From Cyanophora paradoxa CCMP329 (lineage: Eukaryota > Plantae > Glaucophyta): a stretch of DNA of 63,959 nucleotides. Below are positions 11,856 through 24,800 of this stretch, piece by piece. Each line of letters starts with the position of its first letter. Position 1 is the stretch's first letter. The DNA is taken from positions 1-63,959 of the forward strand of contig QPMI01000447.1 in the NCBI GenBank assembly GCA_004431415.1, given 5' to 3'. Below the pieces are notes generated by a model. That model was given only the letters and a program-made list of their open reading frames with translations. It was not told where the DNA came from and did no database searches. The translations under genes were made by a program, and so were the position numbers.

Positions 11856-14740
11856 TTTTTTTTTGGTGAATTACCGGCCACAGTCTCTAGACACCAGCAC
11901 TGCGGGGGCTGCCCAGGGGGCATAAAGACAAAAAAGCAAAATAACTAAGACAAGAGCACGAAGAAAGATAAGACAAAGAGCCAAAATCGACAATAAAAAA
12001 GAAAAGACACAGAGCTCGAGACAGATCGATATCGAGAAGAGACGATAAATCGAGCAGATCTAGGGACAGAGGATGACTGACACGAAGAAGAGCCAGAGCT
12101 AGAGATCATATCGGATACCATCAATATATATATCAGAAGGAATTACATCACTAAGAAGCGGGGGACAAAAATGAGAAAGATAAATAACAGGAAGAAGACA
12201 AGTAAGAGGAACAACAAGACGACATGGAGGCGGAGGCGAAGCAGGACGATGCGAAAGGGCAGAGCTACGGCACGAGGTCGAGGAGGACACAGGAGGCGGA
12301 GCAGGCGGCCCGGCGGATCAAGAGCAGGCAAAAGGACAGTCAAAGGAAGTCAAAAGGTCGAGGCGGGCAGTCGAACTGCAAACGACGGCGAACAACAGGT
12401 CGAGCACGAGGACTATAGCTAGCATTGAAACTAACTCTAGCATCAACACTACGATCAGAATCCGAACCAGACCGAACTATACTAGAAGACGATCGCGACC
12501 AGCGAAGCAGAAGACGAAGGCAAAGGCGGCAGTCCGGTATCAAGAACAAAGGCCGGAGGGTCCGGCCCGGCAAACCGCCGGGGGGAAGTAGAAGGAGCCG
12601 CAGGCTCGGCAAGCCGGCGACGGGTACGTAGGTTCTGTATCTAGCTTGTATACTAGTGGCCCGGCCGCGATTCTCGCGCCGGGGGTGCAAGGGGGGAATC
12701 GGGATCTAATTATATAATGAGGCACGAACATGCACGGGGCAGATCTAGATCGACCCCGGCCCAGTGCGCGGGGCAGGTTGAAGTGTAAAGATAAACACAG
12801 ATTACGATTGAAAAAAATAGGAAAGGCCCGATAAGCAGACGCTGCGATCAAACCGAATAAAGAAAAGCCTCAATGAAAGGCAGATTCAGTGCACTGTATA
12901 TGAAAGATTGCACTTCCCGGCTTACCTTCCGGTCCGAGTGCACTGTTCAGTGATTCAGTTGCACTTCCCGGCTTACCGACGGTTCCGCTACTCGCAAAGA
13001 GTATCTGTGCGGTGGGCGGGCGCCGCCGCGGCCACGGGGCTTGAGTCGACGCCAGCGTGATTGAGATCGTTTTCAATCGAAGCCGATACACGATCAGCTG
13101 ACCCTCCATTGCAGCGCCCGCGTTTTGAGGAATTTCGAAGGTTCCTGCAGCATTTTAGCGATTTGAAGAAGTCTCTTGAGATTCATTACGCACTGCACAC
13201 GGCGATGGCGGCAAAGCCTGCAGCAACAAATCATTCACATTATTCGGGCTGACTCTATCGATATCGCAAACCTGATTGATTTGACGGGCCGGCGCTACTC
13301 CAATGTTCTTCTCAGGCAGTTGAAACGCTCCAGGCTGAGCGTGCGGCAGTTGAAACGCTTCAGGCTGAGCGTACACGTCAATGCGGCCGGGAGATACATG
13401 TCAACTAACGACAGGGTACCGCCAGAGGAAGAGGTGACGATCAGCCTGTGGGAGGGCTTCTGTGGTCTTCAGCTGCGGCGACCTGTGTATGCAATATAAT
13501 TTCAGAAAGCTGAACGCCAACTGAAGACTGGGCACGCACTGCTGCATTGGAAGTGCCCTGCGTGGCGGTGAATACGTGCGTTAGGAGCGCTAGCTGCGTT
13601 TTTGCCAGCGCGCGACTAGTACTCGATCGAAACTGCACGAACTCGAGCGCTGCGACTGTGCTGCCGGACATGACGAAACAAGTTCTGGCGCCAGCAGAAG
13701 AGTTCACGGGCTCCGTCCGGACAATGTAAGCAAATTCCGCCGTTGCATGATGACGACACCGTGCAGCCTGCGCCGGGCGCCACCCGCCACGAAGTCCCGC
13801 CCCGGGACGCGTACGACGTCTCCGGGCACGTGCACAGAAGCGGCTGCAGCTCGCCGTCCCATCTGATGCGGACTTGCACAGCAGCAGACTCACGCGCGTA
13901 ATTTAAATTGGCGAAGCTAGCGCTACTACCGGGCATAAAGCTGCGGGGCAATCTGCCGAAGCGCGTATAGCAAGCACCGCGGCGAAACCGAGAAGCCGAG
14001 CAGCGGAGTGTCGACCGCAACAAAAGCGCCCGGCCCGGCCGGCGTGCTCGGCTGCGGGCAGCGGCGCACGCGGTTCTGCGGTATAAGCTCGATTTCGGAG
14101 ACGTGCTGAGCGCAGCAAGAGAGCACGGTCTAGATCTGCACGGCCGGGCGTGCTCGGCTGCAATCAGCGGCGCAGCTAGGCACCGCGTATGCAGTCAAAA
14201 GTAGTCCAGGCGGCACGGGTACCGTGCGGCGTACGCGGCGCAGTGCGAGGAAGTGGCATGGAAATCTAGAGGAGACAGCGCTAGGGAGAAGTGGTTCCAT
14301 GGCCATGCAGAACCGCGCAAGTAAGAGCAAGGCGTACGCGGTGCACTGCGACGAAGCCGAAATCTAGAGGAGACAGCTAGGGAGAACTGGTTCCATGCAG
14401 AACCGCGCAAGGAGTTCGAAGACCGGAGTGAGGAGAAGTTCGTTTTCCCCTCGAAAACCACTTTTCCCCTCGACTTTGACGCTCGAAAGTCGAAAGCTGA
14501 CCGGTCCACCGAGCCAATCGGATCGCGAATAAAGCATCATTTTTTTCTGGTGTTGCATACTGGACCTCGAAAACGGCCTCATAGAAAACTTTTGGCTGAG
14601 GCGAGGGAACGGGAAGCCAGGGGGGGAAGACCTTCGGTCTTCTTTCCCCCCTTGCAACGTAGGTTCTGTATAGCCGCTCGATCGCGAGCCGCTGAGCCTG
14701 CAACGTCGACCGAGCGAGTGTGCCACGCGTGCGGAGTTCG
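11856..14740 (-). mobile_element. Longer (~0.85 kb net) copy of the poly(A) retroposon, interrupted by a Helitron2-like element
   Basis: Poly(T) at 11856-11864 is followed by the reverse complement of 8994-9402 and further pyrimidine-rich sequence. Degenerate TSD-like ATATTAATT(A)GC at 11841 and 14741. No ORF recognised; 5' boundary tentative. Confidence 0.65.
12652..14656 (-). mobile_element. Non-autonomous Helitron2/Helentron-like element, copy 1
   Basis: Reverse complement of 38700-40797. Has 5' TGCAAGGGGGGAA, a 3' subterminal inverted copy of it, then a GC hairpin and CCACTAGT. Confidence 0.75.
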
Positions 14741-15072
14741 ATATTAATTGCATTTAAGTGGGGATTGAACAAAACAAATTGGCTCTTATTGTGTTCAGCT
14801 GTCTTCTATTTAATTCCTCGTGCTCGTTCTGCTGCTAGCGCTAGTGTGACTCGTTCTAGTGTTACTTCTCGTTCTTCGTGTCCTTTACCGTGATCCATCT
14901 TGCAATTGATTGAATATCTTGCGCTTGTCTGCGATCCCTTCAATTTGTATACGTAATTACTTTGTTACGGTAGTAAGTAGTTTTAATATTACTACCTACG
15001 GCGGGTTCGAATTCGCCCCACCGTAGTCTCTCAAAAAAACTGCAAAGAATATGTCAATTTGCAATATCTTGA

Positions 15073-15160
15073 TTTTTGCTTTGGTGAATTCATGATTATC
15101 GGCCGCAGTCTGTAGACACCAGCACTGCGGCCGCGGCCCGCGCGCGGGGGCTGCCCAGGG
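15073..15160 (-). mobile_element. Degenerate 3' fragment of the poly(A) retroposon
   Basis: TTTGGTGAATT..CGGCCGCAGTCT.TAGACACCAGCACTGCGG..GGGGGCTGCCCAGGGG matches 11860-11920, with small insertions. Confidence 0.7.
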
Positions 15161-17146
15161 GAATTCAATCATTCGAATTTCTTGGCTCTCAGTGATCTGC
15201 AATATTATCTTGACTCTCTAAGTCGATATCAATCACGATGTTCATCATCGTCATTCGTTTTCAATTTTCGTTTTGGGGTAATATTCATAAAATTACACCA
15301 GCGGTCATGGAATTTCCGTCGACCAGCTGCAGTGTGCTGAGTATGTGATCGGCACATACCACGGAATGTGCCAGGCACTTCTTCAGGAACCGTCACTGAA
15401 GCCGCCGATCATGCATGAGCGTTCGATTCGAGCAAGTACGGCTCTAGAAGATCTGAATGCATTTCTAATGGCATTGATGAATTTCTCGCAAAATATATAT
15501 GTAGATGTAGAGATGGCGGCTGCGGGTGTAGCTATAGAGAAAGGTTTATATATAATACTCGCGCGCACAAACAGGGGTGTGATGGCGGGTTGGCCTGAGG
15601 CCTAGGGCGCCGTATTGGCTTTTTTTGGCCGTGCGTTTGACCGTCCGACGGTCTTGCGGCCGGTTGCTTTTCTCTATATCTTGGTTTTGGGGAGGGGCGC
15701 CGGCGGTGCGCCAGCGGCTGCTGGAACGGGAGGGGCGGGGGGCCCGGGGCGCGGGACGCGAGCGCTTGGGTTCGCGGGTGGATAGATCGTTCGCGACGCG
15801 TTTATGTGTGGGTTGTGGAGTGGGAGGTGGGCCTGTCCGACGGTCGTTTGGGAGGGGGGCGAGAGGGGGCGCGGGCGCCGGCGTTAGGACGATCGCGACT
15901 CAGTGACTGTATGGGTTGGTTGGTGGCGCTGGCCGCGTTGCTCTCTTGTAGCTGCGCATGCGGAAGAGGAGTAGGTTGAGGGGCGGGGCAGGAAGCTCGA
16001 GGGTCCTCGGGGCGGCCGCGGGCAGGGCATTTCAGGAGGCAGCTGCGGTGGCGAAGCGGGTACCGCATGGGCAAGAGAATTAAAAGGTCCCAGTGACGGG
16101 GTCGCGATCAGCCGCGGCGCGGGCGAGCACTGGTGGAGGGGGGGCGGGGGGGCTTGATCATGAGGTGGCCTTTTATTTATAAGGGGCGGCCGGCGCCGGT
16201 AGCCGCACAATTGTCTGACGTATATATATATACGTTTATATATACGTAGGTTTTCGAATTCCAGGAGGACCCATGGCCAGGGTTGACTACCGGAGTCCGG
16301 GTCGCAGCATGCGCAGTAGTCGACGATGGAGATTGTACCATGGAGGGAGGGAGGGAGGGGGGGGGGGGGGGGGGATGGAGGGTAGCTATAGGGGCTCCAA
16401 CTGGCAACCGCGGCGCGGTAGGTACGCCGCAACAGACTCTCACGACTAGTAAAGATTCTATTACATGTACAGATCTAGAGTCGTACAGAGTCGTGCGGTA
16501 CAAACTCTAGTACTACAGAGTACTAGTAGTACAGACAACAGTAGCTGCGCGCCGCGGCGCGCCGCCGCCCGCGGGCCGCGGGACGTCGACGGCGACTCGA
16601 CGCGCGCGGCCACGAGTCGGCCCACGACGCCGGCGCCGGCGCCGCGCGCCCGGCCCGGGGCCGGCGCCGCAGCTGCCAGACCGTCGGACCGGGCCAGTCT
16701 GTCACAGGCTGACAGAGGCTGTCTGCCGCTGTCATGATCACTGCCTAACAGGCAGGGCAGTGGCAGCCTGCAGGCTGCAGCCTGCAGCGGCAGCCTGCAG
16801 CTGGCAAAAAACAACCGGTACTTGGTTTCAATGATTCCACATGTACACGAAAACGAGTTGCATTGGAAGAAATATTTGGACTTCAAACTTTTTAAGCATG
16901 TATATTATACATGCATATGGGTTTAATCTGATGCCCTTCACTTATGTTAAAGCTAAATAGATGCTGATCATGACTCATGCCATGATGAGAATCTAGATCG
17001 ATCGATTGTGCGTGAAATTATTTGATTACATTCTCAGAAGAAACTTTTTAAATCAGAATCGAAGAATATTTTATTATTAAAACAACCAGGATGCGATGAG
17101 AATCACGCCTTCGAATCCCGCCCGTTCCACATAATTCCGATCGATC

Positions 17147-17225
17147 ATGCCCCACCTTGCCTGTATACGCCCCCACAGTGCTGGAGTAGACTAGAGGCTG
17201 TGGCCGGTAATTCACCCAAAAAAAA
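17147..17225 (+). mobile_element. Degenerate 3' fragment of the poly(A) retroposon
   Basis: GCCCCCACAGTGCTGG..CTAGAGGCTGTGGCCGGTAATTCACCC(A)8 matches 9357-9411. Confidence 0.7.
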
Positions 17226-19050
17226 GGATTAATATTTCACACCACCTCCGAAACCTCTGTACCCTGCGCCGGTGTTGCTTACGTAAGAACCAGGTGGCCG
17301 GCTGTAACTGAATCGTGATCCTACGAGGCTAGCCAAAGCAACTTCCGCTCCCGGCCCGCGGCCGGCCCGGCAACCGGCGCCCCCGCCGCCCCGCAGGGCC
17401 CGCACTGCGGCACACGTGCACGACTCCGGAGCTACTACGTATACTAGCCTACTAGGCTACGCGCGCGGTCACGCAGTTGTTGCCGCAGTGCCTTTTCATC
17501 TAAGTAGCCTCGAGCTCAGCGGTGCCACGGTGAGCTGCTTAGAGCCCGACATGCCCGCCGGGCGCGCTGGCCGTCCTGCGGCCCAGCACCGGGCGCGGCC
17601 TGGGCGGGCCACCGGTCCGCAACGTTTTAACCTGCAACATTGCCGAGCTGACGGCCGGGCCCGGGCAAGTGCGAGCAGCATCCGTCGATAGGTCCGGCTG
17701 CTCCGGATCCGGGCAGTCCACAGCGCCAGCACTTCCTCCGAGGACCGCCAGCTCAACATCGGCACGCGTGCACCGTGGCGCTCCGGCCGGCGACAAATCC
17801 ATCCAAGGCGGCGGATTTCAACCGACTCTGTTCGAGTGAGCTCTCCTGCCTGCTAGGCAGACCCAAAAGCTTGCAATCGCAGCGCTTGGCGCCCAAGAGG
17901 CACCCGACATCACGCTTACGTGCTGAATCCTTTCCCGCCGGCGCCTAGCAGGCCTAGGCCCGGCCTCCGATCGCGACTGCGCGCAAAGCATTTTCCCACA
18001 AAGCTCGTCACGCAGCGAGGTGCGCTTCAGTTCGCGCTGGCCCGCCGTTGACTTCTATAAACGCGATCCGCCCTTGCTGCTGGCCTATAGCTATAGGCTT
18101 TCGGCAAGTAAACATCGCACGCTACGCGTGCGAATGTCGTCTGGCTTATAATTATTTTCATCCTCAGCTTGGAACCGACCAGGCCTGTGGCGGTCCGGAT
18201 CCTACGTATAAGGTCTTGGGAGGGAGGACACTAGCTACAGACTCCACAGGCTGATCGGCGGTCTCGACAGGGGGACAGACGCCAATTTGCAAGAAAGGTA
18301 CATGCGCCGCGGCGGTGCACGTGTACAATCTGTTTGCAAAGCGCATGCGCACGCAAGCAAGACTTAAATTACAATTACTTATAACCTTCGGAGGACTGGG
18401 ACGGGCAGCAGCTATAGCCCAGAGCACCGCTTTTGAATGTTCGAGAGAATTCGGAGATGGAGGCTAGAAGCGTGCCCACGTAGGCCTTCGTAGCACATCT
18501 AGCCATATCATCATATGTGCATATCATATTTGCTTAACATATGCATCCCCGCCATCCCGTCATTGCCTTTAAACCGGCGATATCCATGTCGACGTCGCAA
18601 TCGGCAGCTGAAGCCGAGTTTTGCATTTCGATGAACAGTTGCTGCAATCATGAATGCCCATCGTGTGAATTGACTGCTGAATGTTTGCGACTGCGCGAAC
18701 GCGCAGACAGCCTTGGCCCACTGGCGCTGTGATTGCGATCAACATTGCGAGCTCGTGATCAATTATGGTGCGCCACTTCCGTCCTCCGTGCGAATATCCG
18801 AGAGCCTCTCGATCGGAGCTAGATCTTCTAGATCTAGCTATATAGATCTCCGGAGCTAGATCGGAGCGTGATCGACCGATATTATCCGATGATCCATGCT
18901 AGCAATCAATTTCAAGATCTAGCGCTAGTCGCCAGCGCCGCGAATCCGATTTTATTGTTGATATTAATACTGCAATGAATCTGCACCGAGCATACCATAT
19001 GCATGATCCTGATCGACTTTCTCGGCCAGACACAATCGCGATCGATATCG

Positions 19051-21828
19051 ATGGCGAGGCCGATATCGATACCTGCAGCCTTGGCCTCGGCTGAATCCGG
19101 AGTGTTGATGGGGCCTTCTGCGAAACGACGTGCTTTGACCGCACCCGAGCACACCGTCGACCCAGACGTGAGCGTCGTTTTATACGTGGAACGTGTTATC
19201 GCGATATACGCGAATTCGAACTATAATTCGCCGAGGCTGATTGTTTGGTCTCTGGTCGGTCCGCGCCTCGCACGTGCAGATATCGACGGTGCCGGCAGTG
19301 CAGAGGGAGATTCGGGTGACGCGGCTCGCGCTGGACATGCTGCTCTCTGCCACCGCCGGTCTCAACGTCGACTCCCGCTTGGTGCTGGAGCTGAACAGCG
19401 CGAAGCTCGAATGCATCCTGCTGCTTCGGCGCGCCCTCATCAACGCCGGGCCCGGCTGCTGTTACATAGAGGTCCGCATCCGCCGCCGCCCCGCACGGCT
19501 CTAATTTTCCACGGGGATGCACGTGGCGCGGTTTCACCGAGATTTGATGCGCTTTCGTGCGGGTGAAACGCGCAGACGGACTTTCAGGGGGTGGCGGATC
19601 CGACGCTGATTCGGGAGCTGTGCGAGGCGGTTGGCGAGATGCGCTACCTCAGCGGTGCGAGCGTCTGCTTAGAGCTCGGCCCCCGAGGCCCCCGATTTCA
19701 CATGACTCGTTCCCGTCCGCAATATTTATTCTCGTCGTGCAGCGTGGCGCGTGACGGACGCGGCGCTGTCTGCGGGGGACCTGGCGCGCGGCCTGCAGGG
19801 CAGCGCGTCGACGCTGCTGCTCTCGCGGGTCAGCCTCTCCGCAGAGGGCATCGCGGACCTCTTCCGCCGCATGGAGAAGGCAACCTTCGCCAGCGTCTCT
19901 CTGCACGAGACGGAGTGCACGCTCCAGCTCAAGAGTGCGCCCGGCCCCACACGCGGTCGCAAACGCACGCAGCGCGCACTGCAGCTCGACAGCTGCACGG
20001 AAGCTCACTTTCGTCCGCATTCGGTGCAGGCCGGAGGCAGCGGGAGCCATCGGACGCCTGGTTTTCGCAGCTGCTCGAGCGGGCGGCGGGGGCCGCGCGC
20101 AATCTGACGATCAAGAACTGCCGCGGCCTTGATGTGGGCGCGGTGCGGGCGCTCGCGCGGGCCCTCCACCGCCCCGGCTGCCATCTCGAGCACGTCGAGA
20201 TATCGTGCGCGAGTTTTCGAACATCCAATTCCTAGTGTCAGAGCTTAGGGCTCGCGCATGCGTTTAATTTACTGGTCATGACGATATTTAAAGGTGCAAC
20301 GCTCCCGGATGGAGCGAGCGTGGCGCGAGCTGGCGAGCGCATGCCAGGCAGTCCGCGCGATCGGCGCGAGTCCTCTCGCGGTTCGGTGAGTACTCGAGTG
20401 TCGCTCGCGCTTTTTCGCACAGTATCGCGCATCGTCGTCGGCGCTGGTTCCGGTCTAGATCTGGCGACCGATGGATGGCGTGCGGCAGGTTGAATGGAAA
20501 GCCGCTGGAGGAGGCGACTGCGATGCAGGAAGCTCCTACGACGACTGCGGCCGTTGCTGCAACGTACCCGGGACCGTCCGATTGCAAGCGGCCCGTTCCG
20601 CACTCGAGCAAAGGTGTGCTTGACATTTCGTCGCCCAGTCGCCTCGACGATTGTGCCTTGAGCCGTGCGCTGACATCGAGTTGCCCGCTTGCGATTGCGC
20701 AGGGCCTGGCGACGGCTCAAAATGCGGCGGCTCTGATTCGGCAGCCGTCAATGCTGGCAAACCCGGCCGATCGATATGGCGATCGCTGCGACGGCGTCGG
20801 CCACACGTCCCGGTCCGCAATAATTTTAGCGATTCGCATTTCGAATATTTAATTATATAAGTTCATATTCATTTCAATCTCGTGGACGCTCACGCGTCCG
20901 CTCAGGCACGTGCATACCGGATGGCGGCGCGCCACCGGTGTCGATCGCATGCGCAGCTGTGCAGACCGTCAGTTGCAAGCAGCAGCGCAAGCGGAGCCCG
21001 CCACCAGAGAAGCGGGCCCTCGCGGCTGCAAAGGGCCGAAGCTGCTCAATGGGCCATCCGAACCGACTGAGAAGAGATCGAAGCCGGCGCCGGGGCGGAT
21101 CGGGAAGCCGTCGAAGCGGCCGCGGGAGAAGGGCTGGGTGCCGTCCTGCGCGGACGCGGAGGGCCCGTACGACTTCCTCGGCCTCGTCCTCGACGCCATG
21201 CGCCGCAACGATGACGCCAACGCCGACGCCGCCGGCGGCTTCTCGGGCTCAAGCTCCGACTCGGACCGCTGCCCGACGCCCGTCCTCGATCAGCCCTCCG
21301 CCGGCGCCGCCAATGGCAAGGGTGCAGACAGCGAGCACCGACGGGCGACGGCCCAGCAAGCCCCAGCGACACAGGCAAGGCCCGCTGAGCATGCTTATTA
21401 CAAGGCCAAGGCCGTCGACGTCGCGCCGGCGTATCCAAATGCATCTGCCAGCGTGAAACCAGCTGCAGCGGGGGCCATGCCACCGCCCCAATCAGCTGCA
21501 GCCCACAGACGGCGGCGGCCGCTGCAACAGTCTCGGGCTCGCAGCGTGACAGTGCCGGCCAAGGCCCCGCTCCGCCGCCCCGATGTGGATCCGGGTGCTG
21601 CGGCCGCCGTCCGCGGGGCCGGCGGCTGCGGTCGGGGGGGGGGCGCGGCGGGTGGAGGTGGAGTGGCGGGCGGGACTGGGGGCTGTGCTGGGGGCGGCGT
21701 CGGCGGCGCTGGGGGAGCGGGTGGTCGAGCTTTGGGACGGGGCCCTCAACGGCGTCGACGACGGCGCGCAGCTGCGCCCCGCCGGCCTCTACTTCGCCGT
21801 CACCCCCGCCGACCTCGCCCGCGTTTAG
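19051..21828 (+). CDS. Multi-exon hypothetical protein with LRR(RNI)-like middle and KHA/DCX-like C-terminal domain, array copy 1
   Basis: Exons include ISTVPAVQREIRVTRLALDMLL..LVLELNSAKLECILLLRRAL, LLLSRVSLSAEGIADLFRRM, RNLTIKNCRGLDVGAVRALARALHRPGCHLEHVEIS. C-terminus RVEVEWRAGLGAVLGAASAALGERVVELWDGALNGVDDGAQLRPAGLYFAVT*. Has single-base indels relative to copies 2 and 4. Confidence 0.65.
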
Positions 21829-24800
21829 ATCGCAGGCGGGCTTAAGCTTCCGCCGCCGCATTTAAAATCGAAGTTGCCCGTAAGCTTCGAGCTTTGATCG
21901 ATATCAGACCATTATAATTACAAATGGTGCCATTATGATCAGCAGGGGCACTTTAAATTTGTGATAGTATAGCTAGCATCGCCTGTGCAGGCGCGTGATC
22001 TGTGTTGATGTAAATTTTAAAAAGAGGCTCCCCCTCCCCCCCCTCCCCCCCTCCCCTCCCCCCCCTGCGGGCTTGAATCACAAGACCGTTTAATTTGCTT
22101 ATGCCATCCATTCGCAACCATAAACCCTTTTAGTCGGTATATATATTACTGTTCGACAGGAGTGAATAAGTACAGGATTGCAGTGCGAACTCATTTGATT
22201 TGCTCTTATGGGTTTGCGAGCGGTAACGTCAACGCGTCCGGTCGATCGATGTCGTATTCTTTGCAGCCGTGCATATGCACGGTCATAATCGTGATCTGCA
22301 GCTGCGATCCGGAGCTGTTCTAATTTCATGGGGTTGTTGCAACTATATTGCTATTGCCACGGCTTCGCCTCCACGCATTTACGACCAAACATTTGCGTAT
22401 GCCATCCATTCGCAACCATATACGTAAACGCTCTTAGGCAGTAACATACAATTTCTATTGCTGTTCGACAGTACTGAATTCTCGGAAGAAGTACAGGACT
22501 GCGGTGCGAACACATTCAAGCTGCATGCACGCATGGGTTTGCGAGCGTTAACCCGCAATGGTCCCGCATGCGCACTGCGGCAGTTTTTCGCAGTTTTTCC
22601 AGACTGTACATGTCACAGTGTACGTATATATAGACATACGTAATCTGTATACGCGCCAGGTACCGGTGTACCCATGCGTACGTATGCAGCCGCTGAGCGC
22701 CGTGCGCGCGTACGTGGTGCCACGGTGGATCATGATTTTTTTTCCATGGCGAGTCCTATATATATCCGTATTCTAGTAGCTAGCTATAGTGGATATCGAT
22801 CATGGAGCCGCGCGCGGCGCGCGTGTCCGGTCCTATGGGCCGTGTTCCGGTCGCATTCGATCGCGATTTCGAGGCCGCCGGGTATCGATATCCCGCAATT
22901 TGGGCAGGAAGCTTGTGCCTGCAACGGCGGCAGTGCAACCTAGCTATATATAGATATAGCCCGCAGGGCCACAGCCTGCATGCGCAGGCTGCGCGGCAGG
23001 CTGCATGCACCGTGGCACGCGCACTGTCCAGGTCTCGGTCATGATATCATTGATATCGATATCGCCGAGTCGATATCGATGCGCATGCCACCGTACGCGT
23101 GGCACACTGCGCGGCAGTGCCGCAGTAATAGACTACTACCGGTACTAGTGCGCTGCCGCCGCGGCCCTGCGGGAGCCTGCGGCGCACTGCGGCGGCAGCT
23201 GCAGCGCTAGCTGGCAGCTGCAGCCTGCAGGCTGCATGCAGGCTGCAGCCTGCAGGCTGCAGCAGGCTGCAGCCTGCAGGCTGCAGTGCCTGCAGGCCGC
23301 GGGCCGGCGGCGGGCGCCCGGCGCCCGCGGCCGGCTGCGGCGGCCCGCATGTCTGCAGCGCTAGCGTGCCAGTGACGTCGACTGGCCGCGGCCGTCTAGA
23401 TCTAGATCTGTGGCCTCAGTGGACTCCCCCGGGAGAGTCCCCCGGGACTCCCCCCCCCCCCTTCTTTTTTCGGTGCCCAAGCGGCCGGAAAAACAACCGG
23501 TACCGGCAATGGTCCGGCATTCGAAATGTACACGAAAACGATTTAATTTACATTGGAAGAAATATTGAGACGTATAAATGCATGAGACGTGTTTGATGAT
23601 CAAGTATATACAAGTATATATAGACATTATAATCAGAAGTGAATATATTTTTAACGACCCAGATTAATATTACCGAAACCTCTGTACCCTGCGCCGGCGC
23701 TGCTTACGTAAGAACCAGCTGGCCAGCTGTAACTGAATCGTGATCCTACGAGGCTGCCTCAGAGTCAGTGCAGCAACTTCCGCTCCCGGCCCGGCCCCGC
23801 ACACGACTCCGGACTCCGGAGCTACGTATACTAGGCTACGCGCGCGGTCACGCAGTTGTCGCCTTCAAAGTTCTCATCTGGCCTCGAGCTCAGCGGTGCC
23901 ACGGTGAGCTGCTTAGAGCCCGACCTGCCCGCCGGGCGCGCTGGCCGTCCTGCGGCCCAGCACCGGGCGCGGCCTGGGCGGGCCACCGGCTTGCAACCTG
24001 CAACATATGCGTTGCCGAGCTGACGGCCCGGGCAGGTGCGAGTAGCATCCGTCGATAGGTCCGGCTACTCCGGGCAGTCCACAGCGCCAGCGCTCCCTCC
24101 GAGGACCGCCAGCTCGACATCGGCACGCGTGCACCGTGGCGCTCCGGCCGGCGACAAATCCATCCAAGGCGGCGGATTTCAACCCATCGACTCTGCTCGA
24201 GTGAGCTGCTCTGCCTGCTAGGCAGACCCAAAAGCTTGCAATCGCAGCGCGTGGCGCCCAAGAGGCACCCGACATCACGCTTACGTGCTGAATCCTTTCC
24301 CGCCGGCGCCTAGCAGGCCTAGGCCCGGCCTCCGATCGCGACTGCGCGCAAAGCATTTTCCCGCAAAGCTCGTCACTCAGCGAGGTGCGCTTCAGTTCCC
24401 GACTGGCCCGCGCTGGTTGACTTCTATAATTGCGATCGGCCCCTGCTGCTAGCCTATAGCTATAGCCAGCTATAGGCCGCGGGCCTTCAGATCAGCGAGA
24501 AGCCGATAATTGCCAGATGCAGCTTGGGCTCGCGCTAACTCGGAAACAATTACAATTAATATAAAAGTACTAGTACTAGCTATCATAGTACAGTATTAGT
24601 AAGGAGTAACTTAGTAAACATCGCACGCTAGGCGTGCGAATGTCGTCTGGCTTACATTTATTTTCATCACCAGCTGGAAACCTACCACTAGGCCTGAAGG
24701 GAGGAGAGTCGTCAAGTTCAACGGCGGTCTCGACAGCCGGGCAGACCGTCTGTCGACGCCAATCTGCAAAGAAAGCTTTAAGGTGCATGCCGTGCACGTG

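Noticed and set aside
8994-12290. Inverted repeats as TIRs of a Pack-MULE-like element carrying rimI
   Set aside because: Each arm is an independent poly(A) retroposon; the left one has its own TSD and the right one extends further.
14996-15038. Hairpin containing GGTTCGAATT (tRNA T-loop/B-box-like); similar TTCGAATCCCG at ~17110
   Set aside because: No cloverleaf or A-box could be built, so not called as tRNA or tRNA-derived SINE.
17400-18750. Short ORFs upstream of the array gene, and ORFs inside the Helitron-like element
   Set aside because: No recognisable domains; the array-upstream frames are also broken differently between copies.
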